A DNA stretch of 59,954 nt, the filler included, from Sphacelaria rigidula (taxonomy: Eukaryota): assembly GCA_964200075.2 (NCBI GenBank). It is 10 parts of 10 records of this genome, joined end to end, with 100 filler letters (N's around TTAATTAATTAA, not from the genome) between each part and the next. Parts side by side here need not be neighbours in the genome. Positions count along the whole stretch, not along the records: positions 24,025 to 29,929 come from CAXNAA020023592.1; positions 30,030 to 35,934 come from CAXNAA020023593.1; positions 36,035 to 41,939 come from CAXNAA020023594.1; 7 more parts are not named here. One strand, given 5' to 3'. The first letter of the stretch is position 1; each line of letters opens with the position of its first letter. Positions 26,955 through 37,921 of this stretch are shown here, one piece after another. The notes under the pieces were generated by a model. The model saw only the letters and a program-made list of their open reading frames with translations, had not been told where the DNA came from and did no database searches. A program made the translations under genes and the position numbers.

Positions 26955-27401
26955 AAATAGCCGATTATCGAAATTGAAGACAGAGCTTTTCATTGAGGAT
27001 GAGAGCCCGGAGGATTGAAAACTTCGCATCAACACCGTTTTTTCGAAATATGGTGCCATTCCTTTACCTACTGGTAGCTATTGACAACTGCTACGTCCCC
27101 TACGAATATGGATTGCGATAACCGAAATGTTGGGGGTCCTAGGTGGAAAACCAATGTCGGGGAAATTGTGCGATCTCACCGGGTCATCTGTATTTCCCAA
27201 AATCGTTTCTTCATCTAGAACCCCAACATTTCGGTTATCGAAATCCGTATTTGTAGGGGATGTAGCAGTTGTCAATATCTAACAGTAGGTGAAGGAATGG
27301 CACCATGTTTCGAAAAAATGGTGTGGATGCGAAGATTTCAATCCCCTGGGTTCTCATTCCCAATGAAAAGCTCCATCCTCAATTTCGATGACCGGCTGTT
27401 T
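26955..27401. repeat. Long imperfect palindrome (foldback element), arms about 210 bp
   Basis: The left arm aaatagccgattatcgaaattgaag...gggaaat aligns along its length with the reverse complement of atttccc...caatttcgatgaccggctgttt; spacer about 25 bp. Confidence 0.92.
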
Positions 27402-27827
27402 AAAGCTGGTGTCAAGCAGTATGAATGAGTGCTATTTGTCGATAACAAGAACGTTGGAACAATCGTTCGTTGCTGCTTTCAACGACGATTTGATGCCGTG
27501 TTTCGTGGAAGAAATGGCCCCGAATTCTCCCCTCCCCCATCGTAGCATGACTTCTCCGGAGTATCTGATTTAAGTAGTTGAGAACTTGAAGGAGTGAGCA
27601 GCAAAGAACAGTTGATGACAGTCAACATTGTGCTGGAGTGCTGATCCAACCCGCGGTACAAAAATGTCGCGGAGGTACTCCACCAGGGGAGAAGAGAGAG
27701 TGACGCCTTGAGAAACACGGACATGTCCAGAGGAAGTGCAAGCACCAAAAGCATGACGCCACACTTACATGTGTATACTTTTGTACATATATATTCATGA
27801 CGCATGGTAGTAGAATGATACAATAAT

Positions 27828-28030
27828 GGAGAGTTTCGGAGAACGCTTTTTTGTCATTTCAGAGAGCATATATCTCACTATCAGACTGTATCCAGAACCG
27901 ATTTTTCCCTCCGTCAAATGTGGTATCCCCTTGACTTGTTTTCGATGAGTTTATTTTATTTTATTTTGCACTCTGATTCTGAGATATTGGCGCTCTGAAA
28001 TGACAAAAAACGCGTTTTCGGAAACTCTCC
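27828..28030. mobile_element. MITE with TIRs of about 60 bp and a 3-bp TSD (PIF/Harbinger-like)
   Basis: aat|GGAGAGTTTCGGAGAACGC..TTTGTCATTTCAGAG ... CTCTGAAATGACAAAAAACGCGTTTTCGGAAACTCTCC|aat. Confidence 0.82.
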
Positions 28031-28289
28031 AATCATGAGGGCGTCGTGGCAAGCTCACGGTATTGCCACGGTACCTTAATGATGTACTCATGAAGGTACC
28101 ACGACGGAATTCGGTAACCATGGTAATAGATGGTGACATTTTCCCTTTTATTCGATGTAATATTTTTCTCTCTCTCCCTTGTTCTTGTTCAGTTCACTCC
28201 GAGCAGAGCATCCTGGAAAATGGCGTGGAACATTGATATGGGGCTCAACCCTCATTTCGAAAATTACTTTTTTTGCCGAATTAGTTTTG

Positions 28290-29520
28290 CAAAAACAACC
28301 AATGATCGAGGATTTGATATGATTTCTGTTGAAACCTCCCCTGGCTTGCTTCGTCACGCAGTCATAAAAGGTCCTGAAAAATGAGGTTGAACACTCACAT
28401 GGAGTCCAAATGGCCTTTCAGAAATTGACATGTTACGTGAAACAGTTTTGCTATAACAACCACCTGAGGCTCTTATTTGTCTGCTGTTTCTTAGTCTCCC
28501 AGCTTGCCTTGTCGCGCATTGTCATTCCAGTGTCTACTACTTTTTCACAGTGCTACGTTCGAAACGGCTCTCACCAGGCGAGGGATGGCGCTTTCCATTG
28601 GATTCTCTCATCTTCGAAGAAAATAGTGCCGGAGTTTTGGTCGAGTCCCAGGAAAGTTCGTTACTGTGTGGAATTAATTTCCTATTTTTACATCTATTAT
28701 TATGAAACGTTTCCAGCAACGGGAATATATTTTTCCGAAAAACACCAACGGCAGGAGTTTACCTCTCATTAAACTATTCCCTCTTCCATCATTTCGAAGA
28801 GAGCGAAGTAGACTCCGGAACGATTCTCGATTAAACCCGACGGACGCCGAGGAAAGCATCCTCCCCTGACTGCTCACCTGGTGAGAGCCGTCTCTAATGT
28901 GCAGAGAAAGATACATAGGGCTTCTTCAGACACCGGAGCACCAATGCGCGACAAGGCAAGCTAGGGAAATAAGTTTCAACAGACAAATAAAAATCCTCCG
29001 TTCGTTGTTTTTTGCAGAGCTTTTGATACGTCGGATAGATCATGATGTATCTGAAACACTTGATCAAAAAAGACTTTCGAGTCCGTTGGTCCAAAAACAC
29101 AAAATATGTGACCGCGGAGTCAGAAACGCCAAAGCGTAGCCTTTGCACTACTCGACGTGCTCAGCGTCCGGCACCGTACGGAGCAAACACGGAAAAGGGG
29201 GGCCAAATGATCCCGATCATGATCCGGAGCAGCATACTGAGAAGGAGTAATTTTCAGACTGATCATGATATGTCTGACGTGTAGAACTTTTTCACGTTAC
29301 CTGAGACATTTTGAAAGGCCACTTGAACCCCATTCGAGTGTTCGACCTCATTTTTCAGGACCCTCTATTCATTGCTGCTCCGGTCTCCAAAGCCATGTGT
29401 ATCTCCTTTCGTACCTTCGAAACGGCTCTCACCAGGTGAGCAGTGAAAGGAGGAGCTGTCGCCGTCTTCCTTCGGCTGTCATCATGCAAAATCGTTTCCC
29501 GTTTTTTTCGAAAGTCTGAG
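28290..29520. repeat. Nested inverted/direct repeat complex
   Basis: Outer inverted pair about 28368-28451 / 29281-29363; inner inverted pair about 28455-28590 / 28860-29010; further direct copies of modules at about 28300-28360 and 29380-29450. Confidence 0.75.
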
Positions 29521-30039
29521 TCATGCTACGATAGGCGGGGCAGGGGGGGGGTGCTCAATTCCACGAAAAAATGGGCTCATAGGTGCGTCAGGCTACTCAA
29601 CACACTCACGGTGTGCTTGTGTTTGGGTGAAAGCGATGGCATACAATATGAATGAGCGTGATAAATCGGAAGCAAGCGCGTTTGAACTACCGTTGCTGCT
29701 ATCCATGACGATTGCAAGTAGAATTTCGTGGAAGGAAACGGCCCAACCCCCCCCCCTCCCCCCCCTATCGTGCTCCGTGCTCCATCTCGAAAGGATGCGT
29801 AGTCAATGGTCAGACGACTAAGGCAAGCAACAAATGAGTACGCCCCCCCCCCTAACGTAGCCTGGTCCGGCGAGAACCCGGCGTGCTCCGTCCCGGCTTT
29901 GTAGGGGCGGACCCCCGATGGGGTTGGCGNNNNNNNNNNNNNNNNNNNNNNNNNNNNNNNNNNNNNNNNNNNNTTAATTAATTAANNNNNNNNNNNNNNN
30001 NNNNNNNNNNNNNNNNNNNNNNNNNNNNNGTCGACCAAC

Positions 30040-31164
30040 ATGAACAACACACTCAAGACTATCCCCAAGTTCGGGGGTAAGGGTTTTCGTGAGTGGAGGT
30101 CGAAAGTGAGGATGACCATCAGCTACCACAACAAGGGTATCTTCGACGTACTGAACGGGGAGGAGTGCCCCCGGGACACGTCGAACCCTGACGCGATCGA
30201 GAAGTGGAACTCGGACAAGTGGGACCTCTTCTCCATCCTCTTCTTTGCCACGACGGGATCAGCGCACACCGTCGTACGCCAGTTCGAAGGCAAGAAACAA
30301 GGTGAACGACTTGGAAACGGAGTAGCTGCATGGGAGGCACTTGCGGAGAAGTACGACAGCTTCACCAGAGAAACACGCCGTGCCTGTTACGAGGAGCTAA
30401 CAACGAACAAGATGGCTCAAGGCGAAGACCCAGATTACTTTTTCACCAAGATGGAAGACCTGCGGGAGCGCCTAAAATATTTGGGAGAAATTGTCTGGGA
30501 CAAGAGGTTCGAGGACATCATTCTACAGGCGATCTCCAACGACTACGACTACGTACGCCAAACCAGCTTCCGCGTTCGCGACTTTGGGCTAAAGGAAACC
30601 AAGACCACGATGAGGAACGTGTACATCGACAGCCTGTCACGAACCTCGAAAAAGTACATCGCCGGAAGGGCAGTGGCCATGGAGGCATCAAACGGAGACA
30701 GCAACATCAGGTGCTTCAACTGCAAGCAACACGGCCATCGCCGCCGCGACTGCCCTGAACTTCCTCGGCACAAGCAACACCAGCATCAGGGGCCTGAGAA
30801 GAAACACTGGAAGAAAGCAAGTGGACAGACTGACCCGAAGTGATGCTCTCTTCACAAGACAACATCTCACAGCAATGAAGAATGCTACAAGCAAGAGAAG
30901 GACGCCCACAACAAGCCACAAGAAAGAACCAACTTTGCCGAGATGGGGAGTGCGCACATTCCACAGGCCGACGATTCCGATGAGGAAACAATCAGCTTCT
31001 CCTTTGCATCAGTCGCGGCCTCGTCGTTGATGCCGACTGCTAGCAGCTCCACGAAGCCTGACAAAAAAATCAAGTGCGTCATAGCCCTCGGACCTGCACC
31101 GAAGGACTTGCTCAAGAAACAATCGGACGACTCAGGCGTATTCGCAGCGTTCGGCGAGACTTAA
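30040..31164 (+). pseudogene. gag: Copia gag, with an in-frame TGA at 30841-30843; probable start ATG at 35811 across the permutation
   Basis: CFNCKQHGHRRRDC (CX2CX4HX4C); the frame continues after TGA (probably former TGG) as CSLHKTTSHSNEEC, a second Cys/His motif. Confidence 0.9.
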
Positions 31165-32000
31165 GTGGCTAGATCAGCAACTGTATTCCCTCCCCAACAC
31201 ATTGGGAAGACCAACGGCAGTCCCATCACAATTCTGGTGGACAGCGGGTCGTCGGGGCAATACTTGGACACCGACCTTCATCCTGGACTGAAGGAGCGCA
31301 TGCGGGACTACGAAGTTTTGGAGCAGCCCCATCAGATAATCACCGCAGGAGAACACGCCATCGAAGGCAAAGCGAAGGGCATCATAACAGGCACCTTCAG
31401 CGATCAACACGGGGAAAAGCAGCCGGTATCGTTCTCAGCGATAGCGGTACTGGACTCGGGAGACATCTCTTCTCCCCTGTTGTCGCATTAGGAATGGGAG
31501 TGGCGACAATCTTCGATTCGATACAGCCATGCTTGGAGGTGGGCGACGTGATCGTACCCTTGAAGCGGCTTGGAAACGACACCACTCTCTGCTCCGTGTC
31601 TCTCGAATTGGACAGCCCGCCAAACACGGCCATGCGGGCCGAGTCAGCGGATCTGTGGCACCGTAGGTTGGGACACATCAACAGCAGGAGCTTGGATGTG
31701 CTAAGGAAGATCGACGGCAACGGAGTCGACTACACCGGAACCATGGAGGCATGCAACGTTTGCGCCAAGGACGCAAACCTCGGTACGTTCGGGCAGTTTG
31801 GGCCAGAGCATTCGTGCACGTCGAAACGCACTCACGCAAACTCGATCCCAAGGCCTGGGAAGGACGTCTTTGTGGATACAGCATGGACAGCAAATCGTTC
31901 CGCATCTACAATCCCGAGAAAAGAAACGTCAGGGAAAACAGGGACGTCATCTTTATCGAGACGCCGTCTACCATACCAGACCCGACGCCGAGCAGTTGGG
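31165..32000 (+). pseudogene. pol: Copia aspartic protease, GAG-pre-integrase and integrase C-terminal remnant; catalytic core missing
   Basis: ILVDSGSS (31231-31254), LWHRRLGH...CNVC (about 31653-31763), then RAFVHVE..RKLDPKAWEGRLCGY..FRIYNP within about 40 bp; frameshifted. Confidence 0.88.
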
Positions 32001-32593
32001 CCGAGGACGACGACTCCGGGGAAGAACCAGGCAGTAGATCCGAAGAAAATGAGCTTGGATACGATACCAACGACGACCTAATGCGTGATGTGATGGACTA
32101 CACATCATACCTTGACCTAGAGTCGCCCACGAGTCATCTTCCGGCCATCCCTTCATCATCGGACACTAACGACATGCAACAGCTGGTCAGCAACATACAA
32201 GAGGTCACCAGTCACGACCTTCTTACCAGCAACAACGAGACCACGTCACCGAGTGGACCAGAACATGATGATTCATCATCTGAGGGGGAACAACCTGCAC
32301 CTGCTCCAAGCGTCACTGGACGTACCCTGCGCTCGAGCACACGAGTACCTAATCGTGCGGGGACAAGATCTACAACCAAGGTTGACAAACCATCCCTCAC
32401 CAATCAACGTGCTCGTGACACGGCCGTAAGGCCCAAAACTACCAGCGAGCTGAGACGCCTGGCCCTCTACACCAACACCCCATTGGCCAGCATCGGACAT
32501 CGTGAGGAGAGAATCAACTTCCTGGGATACGCCTTTGTCGCCAACAACACCCGAATACACAAATGTTAGGACGGGGAGAAGTTCAAGACTATA

Positions 32594-34236
32594 CCGAACA
32601 CCTTCAAGGAGGCCATGGAGTTGCCGGAAGCGAAGCTGTGGAAGGCTGCGACTGACAAGGAAATGAAAAGCCTGCAAGACCTCAACGTGTACAAACTCGT
32701 GCCACGAACAAGCGTTCCTTCGGGAAAGAAAGTTATCGGCTCGAAGTGGGTCTTCAAGGCCAAGCCAGACAACACGCACAAGGCGCGCTTGGTTGCTAAA
32801 GGATAGGACCAAGTGCTAGGACGGAACTGCGGAGGGACGTTTGCTCCTGTCCGCCGACTTCAGAACATTCGCATGGTACTCGCCATAGCAGCAGAGAAGA
32901 ATTTGGAGGTCATCCAGCTAGACGTCAAAACCGCCTTCCTCTACGCGGATATCGAGGAAGATGTGTTCGTCGAAATGGCTCCACGCTACGAAGCAAAGAA
33001 CAAGGAGGGACTCCAGTCGTGATGAAGCTGGAAAAGAGCCTCTATGGGCTGGCTCAAAGCCCCCAGAACTGGTGGAAGATCATCGACCCGAGCCCAGCGG
33101 AAATTGGATTTGTCCCGCTCAAGTCCGACACCTGCGTCTAAATCTGCAACCACAACAACACGGTCGTTATTCTCACTCTCTACGTGGACGATCTTCTCAT
33201 AATCGGACGTGACATTCGAGTGATCGAGACAATCACGAAGAAGCTGATGGACAGAATCGGGATGACGGACATGGGAGATGTATTGCTCGTCCTGGAGATG
33301 CAAGTAACACGCGACCGAGAACAAGGAACGCTGACCATCAGCCAGGAAAACTACACCAACTCTATTCTCGACAGATTTGGAATGGGAAGCTGCAAGCCTC
33401 TCAGCATCCCCGGATTCGGCCCAGAGCTGTCGGTGAAACAGCCAGAGGAGACGCTACTCAACGCCGACGAGAAGCAGCGATACCAGGCCATCATTGGTTC
33501 CGTCATGTAGTTGGCTCGAATCACCGGCTACGACATCATTTACTGCGCCAGTCAACTTGCACGGGCGATGTCGAACCCTTCGAAGATCCACATGGGAGCA
33601 GCAAAGCATCTTCTTCGCTACCTCTCCGGGTCTAGGGACTTCAGTATCATGTACAAGAAAGGAGGATTGGACCTCACGGCATTCTCAGACTCCAACTGGG
33701 GCAACAATCCGAACAACGGGAAGTCCATGTCATCGTACATCATGGTGATGTCCAAGGCGCCGGTGAGCATCAAGTCCGGACTTCAAAGCCTGACTGCCAT
33801 GTCTACTATGGAGGCCGAGCTGGTGGCTGCAGCACTCGCGATGAAGGAAGTGATCTTCTGCACCAACGTGATGACGGAACTAGGATTCGGATATGAGTTA
33901 AGGAGCGCGCAACCGTACATCAACAACACCGCTCCACCCAATGTGGTCGGCAACCAGACCTTCAGCGGGCGCACAAAGCATGCGGCACTACGCTTCTTCT
34001 ACATCCGCGAGATCGTGAAGGAGGGGAGGATATCCATCCACTACGTTCCGACCGAGGACAACCTCGCCGACATCGGGACAAAGTACCTCAACAAGCAACG
34101 TCACAAGTATCTCATCGACAAGATCAAGAACTGGGACGTGATAAGCTTGAGGATCTTCAACAAGGATCTTCGACCAAGAACTTCAATCTACAAGATTCAG
34201 GGATCGCCCTGTTTTGACTTCGCGGTTAGGGACTAA
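32594..34236 (+). pseudogene. pol: Copia reverse transcriptase and RNase H, disrupted
   Basis: PNTFKEAM, KWVFK, KARLVAKG*, LDVKTAFL, KSLYGL, YVDD (33181-33192), FSDSNWG, STMEAE, RTKH, NLADIGTK; stops at 32804, 33139 and 33508, plus a frameshift near 33015. Confidence 0.95.
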
Positions 34237-34500
34237 TAGCCATCAATAGTCCAGTATTCGCTAGTACGTAGTTTTAGCCATATTTTCGTGTGGGATTATA
34301 TACTTTGGTGTTTAGTACATCAGCGTATCTCTGTCTCTTGAGTGTATCCTGTAGAAGATTGCATGCCATGAATTGCATTTCAAAGGTTTCCATTCCTTGC
34401 GTTGAGGGGAAGTAGTCGACACGACGTATGGTCTAGGCTACAGTAAGTCTTTGGATGGATGTGAAGTATTCATTGTTGGAGCAGTATCACGAAACTTTCA

Positions 34501-34511
34501 TTTAGGGGGAG
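34501..34511 (+). promoter_or_regulatory. Polypurine tract of the copia element
   Basis: tttagggggag immediately precedes the TG that starts the LTR. Confidence 0.75.
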
Positions 34512-34974
34512 TGTCATGGATTAGCAAAGCTACATAAGTCAATGTTCAGTAGTATCATGGCAGTCGAGATCTGAATGGTTACACCGTATCTTAGGAACGT
34601 TCTCAAGAAAAGTAGTTGGTTCAAGTACGCCACGTAGAACGGTACTTTGGTTCCTGGAACAGTAGTTTCCAGAACAAGCTTGTAGACTAGACTAGTCTAA
34701 AACATGCGTGTGTGCGTCTGATACTCTAGAAAGAGAAGAGGTGCAGCCAAGCTCGCCCCCTTTCTCTCTCACTCTGCTTTCTCTCCTGTCTTCTTCCCTA
34801 GACTGCCAAAGTATATCGTTCTCTACGAGTCTTTGTTGGTCGCAAGTGCCCATTGAACATCGACAAGTCTACAGCAGTAGCATCACCTGCTACCTGCAAG
34901 TTAGCTGTACAGACTAACGTCTGTCGGTGTCAGCCTTTGCCACCACCTGCTGGGAACCACACGCAAATCTCACA
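34512..34974 (+). repeat. Single LTR (about 463 bp, TGT...ACA)
   Basis: Starts tgtcatgg after the PPT and ends tctcaca before the putative PBS ataggttctgaagcc; the boundaries are inferred because only one copy is present. Confidence 0.7.
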
Positions 34975-35364
34975 ATAGGTTCTGAAGCCTCGATTCAGCA
35001 CGGCACCAGTGCGAGGTACTTCGGGGGGACATCTTCTTCCAAGCATCAAGCTCAACCTAGCTTCTACGCGTCTACACCGTCTGCTGTACGAGACTGTACG
35101 AGAGCCTTTTGAATATCCATCTGCGGAGTCAACCTGCTTGCGACTGAGGACACTGGACTGATCACCCGCGGGACTCAGCATGCGCAAACAGTTGGTACGA
35201 CTTGTTGGTGCATCGCTTTCGGGGGCACAAATTATCTAGACGTCGGTTCATTGGCGGCGAATAGAACTGTGCAGCTACACTTTCGGCGTGTTGAGCTACT
35301 CAAAAGCTCAGGACGGGTGAAATTGTAGTTTTTGGGGTGTTTGCGTTTCGACAACTTTCCCACA

Positions 35365-35680
35365 AAGGAAGCCTGCACGCATCATCGTGCAGCACGCCTG
35401 TCCAGCACTCCTGAGTAGTGCCTGGAGGGCAGATGTGGTCGGACAGCAAAAATTGTTTTGCTGTGACCGAAATGAAGCCTGCACGCAGCGACGTGTAGCA
35501 AGTCGGAGCAGTGCATATCATTGTACCTGCAAGACGGGGTTGCAGACTTGCTACCTGCAGCCGGGAGAGCCTGCACGCAGCGACGTGTAGCAAGTCTGTC
35601 CAACACTGATTAGTAGTGCCTGGGGGACAGACTGCCAGACAGCGAGAGACTGCTGGGCCAAAACGGAAGCCTGCAAGAGT
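35365..35680 (+). repeat. Tandem repeats of about 100 bp in the copia 5' leader
   Basis: agcctgcacgca(gcgacgtgtagcaagtc) recurs at about 35370, 35477 and 35568, with a partial fourth near 35668. Confidence 0.8.
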
Positions 35681-36039
35681 AAACTACTACTACTACTGCT
35701 GTAGCAACGACATCTGGACAGCACCACACTTGCGGGTCAAACTTTTAATTTGGGCCGTTGAAACGTGCTTACGATTAGCCTGCGCGCCTGACGCATCGCA
35801 CTCAAGCATCATGGACAAGTCGACCAACATGAACAACACACTCAAGACTATCCCCAAGTTCGGGGGTAAGGGTTTTCGTGAGTGGAGGTCGAAAGTGAGG
35901 ATGACCATCAGCTACCACAACAAGGGTATCTTCGNNNNNNNNNNNNNNNNNNNNNNNNNNNNNNNNNNNNNNNNNNNNTTAATTAATTAANNNNNNNNNN
36001 NNNNNNNNNNNNNNNNNNNNNNNNNNNNNNNNNNACTGT

Positions 36040-36095
36040 TTTAGGCTTGAGCCTCATCTCGGAGTTAAACCTCAATTCTCACAATTTGTTGTTAT
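36040..36095 (+). repeat. Shared repeat end at the start of two contigs (also 42055-42105)
   Basis: cttgagcctca..tc.gagtt.aacctcaatt..cacaatttg.tgtt occurs in both. Confidence 0.8.
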
Positions 36096-37921
36096 TACAT
36101 GATCACACAGTTTTGTCGGTCTTGAGGAGCAGCGTGAAACACCCCCAACACTGCAGTTTGAGCAATTTCATATTTCGTCCGTCGCAACGTCGTGTTCATC
36201 ACAACGGGTAGACCTCACACCTTACCTTAGGGCACGGCCATGAACAAAATGTGCGTTATTTCTCTTGTCCAGTTCGCGCCTTTTCTCGGCAAAAACCAGC
36301 TCCGTGGGCGTAGGGTGCTGCCTTCAGGTGGTCAATGATGGTCCCATTTTGAAGAGAGGAAGTCCACATGCGTGTTCTTTGTGACTCTGGCGGAGTTCCC
36401 TCGCCAGCCGGCGTCGGTGCATATATACCCACGTATATATCGATTATATTGGTATAATGAGAGCGCCGATGTTGTGATTTTTTTGGTACTGACATGACCG
36501 CCAAGACAGCCGCATTAACAGGCAAGACTTTTTCAAAATCTCCTCCACTATTTTCTGTCGGATGTTTCGTACACGATCACGTGTTCGCACACAGCACGCA
36601 CATACATTTCGACGCAGAAAACTGAAGGCGGGACAATTATACACCACCAGAGCCTCGACACTACCTGCACTCTTGGCATCTTCAGTAAATATTTCCGTGA
36701 AGTGAAACAAAACGCAGTACCCGGCACGCTCCTGACATACTCCCGGAGAACTTCATCTGCCGGTGACAGTATTTTGCAAGCAAGCTCCTGCTGCTGAAAA
36801 TGAAATCTAAAGAAACATCTCCCCTAGCCTTATCCTTCCTCCCAGAGTAGCAACCTACATCTTCACAACAACACCGTACAACCGAAGATATGATCGCTGC
36901 ACACACAACTATATCTTGAATAATGAATGACCGGAAACATTTGAAAACGGCTCGAAGCAGGTTCGTCTCGTGGTTTCTTGAATAGCGACAACGGAGTGAC
37001 ACCTTTTCCATCGGTACCTTCGGCATCACGAGCACAAAACGCCATATGTACACACCTCCAGTCGCACTGATAGCTAACTCTCCGCGGCCCGGAACCGGGA
37101 TGTCAACGTGTAGTCAAGTACCACACGCGAGTGCACTCCCCCTTCTGTCGTCAATCTGAAGATACCGCAATCTACAACATGGTTATCAAAGAAGCGAGAA
37201 CGTGAATATCCCTCGTCAGTACTCGCTTCCATTGCTCAACCAATACCACAAAATATAAGTGGACGATTCCCTGTTGCAAATACACACATACTCCGGCGTG
37301 CCCAAAAGTGAAGATTCGCATTACAACTATTTTTTACTCGCTCCCCGAAATTGCGCAAGCGCCGAGCGAGGGGGGGTCCACCTCGCCTAGCCTGCGGGTG
37401 GGCACGCGAATGAGCAGCGTAGGGGTGCGGAAACCTCAACATCGCTAGACATGTTGGAACAGTATGACATGAGCCGTGCTAAGCTATGGAGGAGGGAGTG
37501 AAAAGAAAAAAGACGAGACGTGACGGATTATGATCATGCATCGACAAACGGGAGGTAGCCGATTCAGGTGAGCAAATCATTTTTGCAACACACGCGCACT
37601 TCTCACGAGTACGGCCCAGATGCGACGTCGAAAAACCGTTGAGCGGCGATGCACGTCACCTCCAACCTCGCTAATGCGAATGTGCAAGAGATCCCGTACT
37701 GATCGATGAAACTTCGCTCTCTTTTCACTCTTCAAAATATCCCACACTATCGACCGAGCTTCCCCACCCCCTCCATCACAGACCACAAATCTTCAGCATG
37801 ATCGCCCCCCTTCCCCTTCTCTCCCCTCCAAACTTCGCTGTCAACCAACAACACCAAGATCAAGGCGATCTTTACCATCAATATAAACATACTCGTATAT
37901 TTATTTATCATTTCAACTCAC

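Larger units (their letters stand above)
30030..35934 (+). mobile_element. Defective Ty1/copia LTR retrotransposon, circularly permuted (gag-PR-deleted IN-RT-RH-PPT-LTR-PBS-leader-gag start)
   Basis: Zinc knuckle, DSG protease, GAG-pre-integrase LWHRRLGH, RT motifs KARLVAKG / LDVKTAFL / YVDD and RNase H motifs appear in copia order; 30030-30145 is identical to 35819-35934. Confidence 0.97.

Noticed and set aside
31162..31170. Programmed gag-pol readthrough at TAA
   Set aside because: No CARYYA-type context, and the element has many other random stops.
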